Positions 10,663 to 15,755 of a stretch of 22,801 bases of DNA are shown here, one piece after another. The stretch lies in the NCBI GenBank assembly GCA_963845515.1, contig CAWJSR010000027.1, positions 1 through 22,801 on the forward strand, in the 5' to 3' direction. Below the pieces are notes generated by a model. That model worked only from the letters and a program-made list of their open reading frames with translations. It did not search any database and was not told the origin of the DNA. Numbering within the stretch: the first letter of the stretch is position 1; each line of letters begins with the position of its first letter. The DNA is from an uncultured delta proteobacterium (GTDB lineage Bacteria; Myxococcota; Myxococcia; Myxococcales; Anaeromyxobacteraceae). Made by a program: the position numbers and the translations under genes.

Positions 10663-10842
10663 TTACAGAGCCTCGGTGACCTGCTCGCCCTTGTACGTGC
10701 CGCAAGACGGGCACGCGCGGTGCGAGAGGACCGGCTCCTTGCACTTCGGGCACCTGGTGACGTTTGCCGGCTTCAGCTTGAAGTTGGCCGCGCGACGACG
10801 GTTGCGCCGCATGCTGCTGGTACGCTTCTTGGGAAGACCCAC
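10663..10842 (-). CDS. rpmF: 50S ribosomal protein L32 (zinc-ribbon type)
   Basis: Translated by hand (59 aa, absent from ORF track): MGLPKKRTSSMRRNRRRAANFKLKPANVTRCPKCKEPVLSHRACPSCGTYKGEQVTEAL; GTG start, AAGGAG RBS; sits between yceD and plsX. Confidence 0.97.
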   Translation of the reverse strand: MGLPKKRTSSMRRNRRRAANFKLKPANVTRCPKCKEPVLSHRACPSCGTYKGEQVTEAL

Positions 10843-10863
10843 GACGTGCTCCTTTGCCTGCTC

Positions 10864-10898
10864 TTGACGCTCGCCTACGCTCGTTGACGCTCGCTACG
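10864..10898. repeat. Short tandem repeat, ACGCTCG core at 10-bp period
   Basis: TTGACGCTCG-CCTACGCTCG-TTGACGCTCG-CTACG; ACGCTCG at 10867, 10877 and 10887. Confidence 0.8.
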
Positions 10899-10899
10899 A

Positions 10900-11463
10900 T
10901 CACTGCCGCTTGAACTTCTCGAGACCCGCCCAGCGCGGGTCGGGGACGCGGCGCTCGCAACCGCACTCGCGTTCATTCAGGTTGGCTCCGCAGCTACTGC
11001 AGAGCCCCTTGCAGCTCTCGCTGCACACCGGGTATCCCGGCAGCGCCAGGACGACCTGCTCCCGCAGGACGGGTTTGAGGTCGAACTGCTTGCCGCGATA
11101 GACCTCTTCTTCCGCTCCCACTGCATCGAAGGAGCCCGCCACGGGTGCCTTCGCGTCATCCTTGGCCGAATCGGGCTCGGACTCGTACTCGTCCTCGGGT
11201 ACCAGCGTCAACTCGAAATCGACCGGCACCTCGAGGGAGATCGGCGCAAGGCAGCGCACGCACTCGGTGCTGAGCGCTGCCCGCGCGTGCACCTTGACGA
11301 GGATGCGCCGCTCCGCACGGACCAGCGATGCCTCGACGTGCAGTGGCGCCGCAGCCTTGTAGGTCGCACGATCGCCTGCAACCATCTCGTCGACGGTGTG
11401 CGGGGTCAGGTCCCAGGCCCTGTGGAGGCCGACCTCCTTGATTTCGTCAATGTTGACGCGCAT
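10900..11463 (-). CDS. yceD: DUF177/YceD family metal-binding protein
   Basis: ECVRCL, LREQVVLALP, CSESCKGLCSSCGANLN...DPRWAGL; canonical position upstream of rpmF. Confidence 0.93.
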   Translation of the reverse strand: MRVNIDEIKEVGLHRAWDLTPHTVDEMVAGDRATYKAAAPLHVEASLVRAERRILVKVHARAALSTECVRCLAPISLEVPVDFELTLVPEDEYESEPDSAKDDAKAPVAGSFDAVGAEEEVYRGKQFDLKPVLREQVVLALPGYPVCSESCKGLCSSCGANLNERECGCERRVPDPRWAGLEKFKRQ

Positions 11464-11484
11464 TTGCGCGAACTTCCGCTCGGG

Positions 11485-11517
11485 AAAAAGGGGCTCATTA
11501 TAGGGTTCGAGCCCCTT
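11485..11517 (-). terminator. Inverted repeat with U5 tail: putative terminator of the response regulator gene, or an operator
   Basis: Minus strand reads AAGGGGCTC-N12-GAGCCCC-TTTTT. Confidence 0.5.
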
Positions 11518-11524
11518 AAGTCAA
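11497..11524 (-). promoter_or_regulatory. sigma70 promoter of the yceD-rpmF-plsX-fab operon (TTGACT-N16-TATAAT)
   Basis: Near-consensus -35 (11519-11524) and perfect -10 (11497-11502) in a very GC-rich background, ~35 nt upstream of the yceD ATG. Confidence 0.8.
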
Positions 11525-11606
11525 GGCAGCCGCTATACGCGGTGCGTCATTCTGCCGCCGCACGTCGGGGCCAGCGCGTTCAGAGGAGAGCCGAAGCCGG
11601 CCTGCG

Positions 11607-12254
11607 CTACGGCCGGACGAGCCCCCGGGCGACGGCCAGGAGAGCCGCCTCGGCCTTCGTGGAGACGTCCATCTTCTCGTAGATCCGCTTCACGTACGTC
11701 TGCACGGTCCCCTCGGCGATCCCCAGGGCGGTCGCGACGTCCGCGTAGGTGTGGCCGTGCACGAGCAGCTGCAGCACCTCGAGCTCGCGCTTGGAGAGGG
11801 CCGGACCGTCCTTCGCCCGCTGCTCCGGCGGATCGCCGCGGAACTCCGTGAGCAGCACCTTCGCCGCGCGGGGACTGATCGGCGCCGCCTCACCGGAGAG
11901 GACGTCCTGGACGCCCTTCACCAGCTCGGCCGCGTGGAAGGGCTTGAGGATGTACCCGGCCGCGCCGGCGCGCATCGCGCCGAGCACGCGGGCGGGGATG
12001 TCGACGGCGGTGAGCGCGATGCACCTGGTCTTGGGGAGCTCGCGGTGGATCTCGGCGATGACCTCCTCGCCGTTCATCCTGGGCAGGCCGAGGTCGATCA
12101 GGGCGACGTCGGGCTTCTCGCGCTTCGCGAGCGCGACGCCCTCTTCACCGGTGTGGGCCACGCCGCAGACCTCGAAGCCGTTGGACGTGAGGATCTGCGT
12201 GATGAGCTTCGCTACGGCCTCGTCGTCCTCTACCGCGATTGCACGAATCGCCAT
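11607..12254 (-). CDS. NarL/FixJ (LuxR-HTH) family response regulator
   Basis: Receiver domain AVEDD...VALIDLGLPRMNG...ALT...YILKP; HTH LSKRELEVLQLL...GIAEGTVQTYVKRIYEKM. Confidence 0.95.
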   Translation of the reverse strand: MAIRAIAVEDDEAVAKLITQILTSNGFEVCGVAHTGEEGVALAKREKPDVALIDLGLPRMNGEEVIAEIHRELPKTRCIALTAVDIPARVLGAMRAGAAGYILKPFHAAELVKGVQDVLSGEAAPISPRAAKVLLTEFRGDPPEQRAKDGPALSKRELEVLQLLVHGHTYADVATALGIAEGTVQTYVKRIYEKMDVSTKAEAALLAVARGLVRP

Positions 12255-12319
12255 GTCGACTCCGCCCGCCGTCCGGACGCGGGCTCCCGGGAGGGAAGAC
12301 CTTTGCCCACCATCTTCCG

Positions 12320-12348
12320 TAAGTAGCCGAGGGCTGGACAGGGGTCAA
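12320..12348 (-). promoter_or_regulatory. Candidate promoter of the response regulator (TTGACC-N17-TACTTA)
   Basis: Good -35 with 17-nt spacer; weak -10. Confidence 0.4.
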
Positions 12349-12487
12349 GGCGCCCGTCCCTTGGTTCCGGGACGCGATCGCGGGCGGACGTGTCGCACTC
12401 GACCTCACACCGGTACCTGTACACCGCGACTTTTCGTGAGAAAATGATTCCTCGTTGCCACTGAAGGCGCGGCCGGAGGCTTACACG

Positions 12488-15288
12488 ATGCGTCACACGT
12501 CACTCTCGTTCCTTCTCGTTGCTGGATTGCTGGCGCTCACGTCGTGCTCTGGCTGCGACCCGAAGAAGGAAGAGGGCCCGACGTGCGGTGGCACAGGCGC
12601 CACCTGCACCGCCGCCACCGCCGTGGCTGACTGCTGCTCGGACTACTGCGACGCCGGGAATCACTGCGCGCCACCGCCGACCTGCGGAGCGACCGGCGCC
12701 GACTGCGGCATCGACGCCGACTGCTGCGCGGCCCAGGGGCTCACCTGCGAGTCGCTCAAGTGCGGCACCTTCACCTGCAAGGGGCTGAACGACCCGTGCC
12801 AGTCGCCGAGCGACTGCTGCGCCACCACCGGCCTCACCTGCTTCCAGAACCTCTGCAAGGCCGACACCGTCTGCGTCGCCGAGAACAACTCCTGTACGGC
12901 CGCGGGCACGCCCTGCTGCGGCGGCGCCTTCTGCGACACCGCGAGCGCCAACCCGACCAACCGGTGCAGCACGACCGCCTGCGTCGAGGACCAACTGCCG
13001 TGCAGCGCGACCCAGCCCTGCTGCGGAGGTTCGTGCGACACGACGACCAACACCTGCCCGACGGCCGAGTTCTGCACCAAGGCGGGGAATCCCTGCACGA
13101 GCGGCACCCAGTGCTGCTCGGGCCAGTGCGGCGGCGACGGCAAGTGCCTCCTCGAGGTCTGCAAGGCGATCGGCGAAGGCTGCATCGGCGTCGACCAGTG
13201 CTGCTCCAAGACGGGGACCTGCGAGGAAGGCGTCACCTCCGGCTACTGCGAGGCGGTGCCGCCCGGGACGAAGGCCACCGACACCTGCAAGACCCTCGGT
13301 GAGACCTGCACGGTTGGGACCGACTGCTGCTCCACCAACTGCGTGGGCGGCACCTGCGCGCCGGCCTACAGCTGCAACGCGACGGGCGACGTCTGCCTGC
13401 TGAACGGCGACTGCTGCTCCAACTCCTGCGACACCTCCAGCCCCCTCTCCATCGCCGGCCGCTGCCTCGCAGGGAACGGCGGCTGCACGCAGGGCGGCAA
13501 CCCCTGCGACAACGCCTCCAACTGCTGCACCCGCCGCTGCGAGGACCCCGGGAGCGGCGTCACCGTCTGCCGGACCGCTGGCGGCTGCCGGATGACCGGC
13601 GACTTCTGCGACTCGACCGACGCCTGCTGCGGCGGGACGGCCGACGACCTCAGCCCCGGCGGCTACGGGGTCGTCTGTCAGGTGAGCACCTCCGACCCGG
13701 TGGCGCGCTGCGACAACGGGACCGGCTGCAACCCGCCCGGCAACATCTGCGGCGCTGCCTGCCCGCCCGACCTGACGGCCGAGGAGTGCCAGAAGGCGAA
13801 CGCCTCGCAGAACTGCTGCACGCCGGCGACCTGGACCGGCTCCGGAAAGCCCGTCTGCAAGCCCGACGCCGCGAACATCATGCGCTGCTTCGGCGCCCCC
13901 AACATCCCGGACGTCGTCATCCTCTGCCCTGACGGCTACGACGGCACCAAGCCCGCCCCCTGCTGCATCGACACCGGCGACGTCTGCCAGATGCGCGATC
14001 AGTGCTGCAACCTCGACCCGTGCGTGCCCGACGCCGCCGGCGTCCTCCGCTGCACCAAGGCGATCGAGTCCTGCCTGCCCGCCGGCTCGTCGTGCTCGGC
14101 CGGCAGCTCGCCCTGCTGCTCGCCCTACGGCTGCGTCGACGGGGGTGAGTTCGGCTTCATCTGTGGAGAAACCTCCACGACGCCCGGCTGCACGCCGTCC
14201 GGCACCGCCGCGGCGAACGCGTGCACCGACGACACCGCAGTGCTGCTCCGGCTTCTGCGACCCCAGCGGCCACTGCTCGACGTGCCGCCCCGACGGCGAC
14301 CAGTGCACCGCGAACGCGGAGTGCTGCAACGGCGTCTGCGACGGCGGCATCTGCCGCGTCGCCGCCTGCCTCCCGGCCGGCGAGAGCTGCGCCGTCTCCG
14401 GCTCCTCCTGCTGTGATCCCTACACGTGCGTGACGACCGCCGAGTTCGGCGACGTCTGCACGACGCAGGGCGGAGGCGGCGGGTGCGCGGCGCTCGGCGA
14501 CGAGCTGCGCCTCCGCGAGCTGCTGCCAGGGGCTCTGCACCATCGATCCGGCCAACCCGGCGGCGCGGAGCTGCGAGATCTGCCGCACGGCAGACGACGC
14601 CTGCCTGACGAGCGCGGAGTGCTGCTCCGACTACTGCGACCCCAACCCCGCCAGCCCGAGCTACCACACGTGCCAGGCGCAGTGCATGCCCGAAGGCGCG
14701 ACTGGCTGCACGGTCGACACCGACTGCTGCTTCGGCAGCACGTGCCTGATCCCGGGTGGGGCCACGAGCGGCACCTGCCAACCCGACACGGGCTCCTGCT
14801 CCGACTTCGGGGTGGCGTGCGCCAGCGACGCCAACTGCTGCGGCGACCTCGTCTGCGACCCCGAGTTCAACACCTGCGTCTCGGCGAGCACGTGCGCTTC
14901 CGCGGGCCAGGGCTGCACCGCCGGCGGCGGCGAGTGCTGCACGAGCCAGGGGCTCTCCTGCGTCACCCCCAAGCTGGGCGGCGGCGAGGTGGCGTGCGGC
15001 GACGTGAACGCGGACCCCAATTCGGTCTGCACGTGCAACATCCCGGCGGCGGCCTGCGGCAACGAGAACGTCGCGTGCAGCGCCGGCGCGCCGTGCTGCC
15101 CGGGGACCAACCTGAGCTGCGTGAGCGGGCTGTGCAAGCTCCCGGCGACCTGCGCGACACCCGCAGGAGCCTCCTGCTCGCTGACGCAGCCGTGCTGCGT
15201 GGCGGACGGCACCTACTGCGCCGAGGCCGGAACGGGCGCGATCTGCAGCCCCACGTCGCCCGGCTGCAGCTGCGCCAACCCGGGGTAA
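12488..15288 (+). CDS. Cysteine-rich lipoprotein with 24 tandem knottin-like modules; two apparent +1 frameshifts (~14236, ~14500)
   Basis: Signal peptide MRHTSLSFLLVAGLLALTSC(SGC) after a GGAGG RBS. The C-x6-C-x5-CC-xn-C-xn-C pattern continues across three successive frames to TAA at 15286-15288. Removing two bases gives 932 aa. Confidence 0.85.
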
Positions 15289-15327
15289 GCCGCCTCGGGC
15301 GGCGCCGCCGTGCGCCGTTGCCTTCGC

Positions 15328-15368
15328 CGACCCCGACCGGGCCCTCGAGCGGGCCCGTGTCGGGGTCG
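15328..15368 (+). terminator. Strong stem-loop downstream of the Cys-rich gene (no U-tract)
   Basis: CGACCCCGAC-CGGGCCC / loop TCGAGC / GGGCCCG-T-GTCGGGGTCG: 17 bp with one bulge. Confidence 0.5.
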
Positions 15369-15430
15369 TGCGGATCTGGGTCGTGCCGCACGCTCGCGGC
15401 GCGCGGCACCGGGTGTCCCGTGGGATCGGC

Positions 15431-15459
15431 TTGCCTTTGGGGGGGCGGTGGACTAGAAA
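15431..15459 (+). promoter_or_regulatory. Candidate tRNA promoter (TTGCCT-N17-TAGAAA) with GC-rich discriminator
   Basis: Hexamers 17 nt apart, ending 13 nt before the mature tRNA 5' end. Confidence 0.5.
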
Positions 15460-15472
15460 CGCCACCTCACTA

Positions 15473-15546
15473 GCGCGGTTAGCTCAGATGGATAGAGCGT
15501 CGGCCTCCGGAGCCGAAGGCCAGGGGTTCGAATCCCTTACCGCGCG
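15473..15546 (+). tRNA. tRNA-Arg (anticodon CCG); CCA not encoded
   Basis: Acceptor stem GCGCGGT/ACCGCGC, D arm GCTC..GAGC, anticodon stem TCGGC/GCCGA with loop CTCCGGA (CCG at 15507-15509), T loop GGTTCGAATCC. Confidence 0.97.
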
Positions 15547-15554
15547 CAGCAGAT

Positions 15555-15594
15555 GGGCCGGGTCACCGCAAGGTGACCCGGCCCGCTTCGTTTC
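15555..15594 (+). terminator. Intrinsic terminator after tRNA-Arg
   Basis: Perfect 13-bp stem GGGCCGGGTCACC/GGTGACCCGGCCC, GCAA (GNRA) tetraloop, followed by GCTTCGTTTC. Confidence 0.8.
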
Positions 15595-15696
15595 GGGGCC
15601 CGGCCGGGGGCCCTCGAGCCCGGAACGACGCGGTCCAAGGGGGCCCCACGCACGGGGTCCGCGGAGCGCCGCCCAACTCCAGTGCGCCGCCCAACG

Positions 15697-15730
15697 AAGA
15701 AGGGCCCGGGGATCGCCCGGGCCCTTCTTT
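15697..15730. terminator. Bidirectional intrinsic terminator downstream of the Nfn fusion gene
   Basis: AAGAAGGGCCCGGG-GATCG-CCCGGGCCCTTCTT(T); U-rich tail on both strands. Confidence 0.8.
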
Positions 15731-15755
15731 CATCGCTGGAGCGAGCTGGCGGGGA

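Noticed and set aside
12488..15288. Cys-rich gene as a multiheme cytochrome, CRISPR-like array or RiPP precursor
   Set aside because: No CxxCH motifs; repeats are at protein level with degenerate DNA and no constant repeat/spacer structure; no modifying enzymes or transporter adjacent.
15473..15600. tRNA-Arg as attachment site of a prophage or genomic island
   Set aside because: No integrase, no duplicated tRNA 3' end seen in the window, and the flanking genes have host-like composition.
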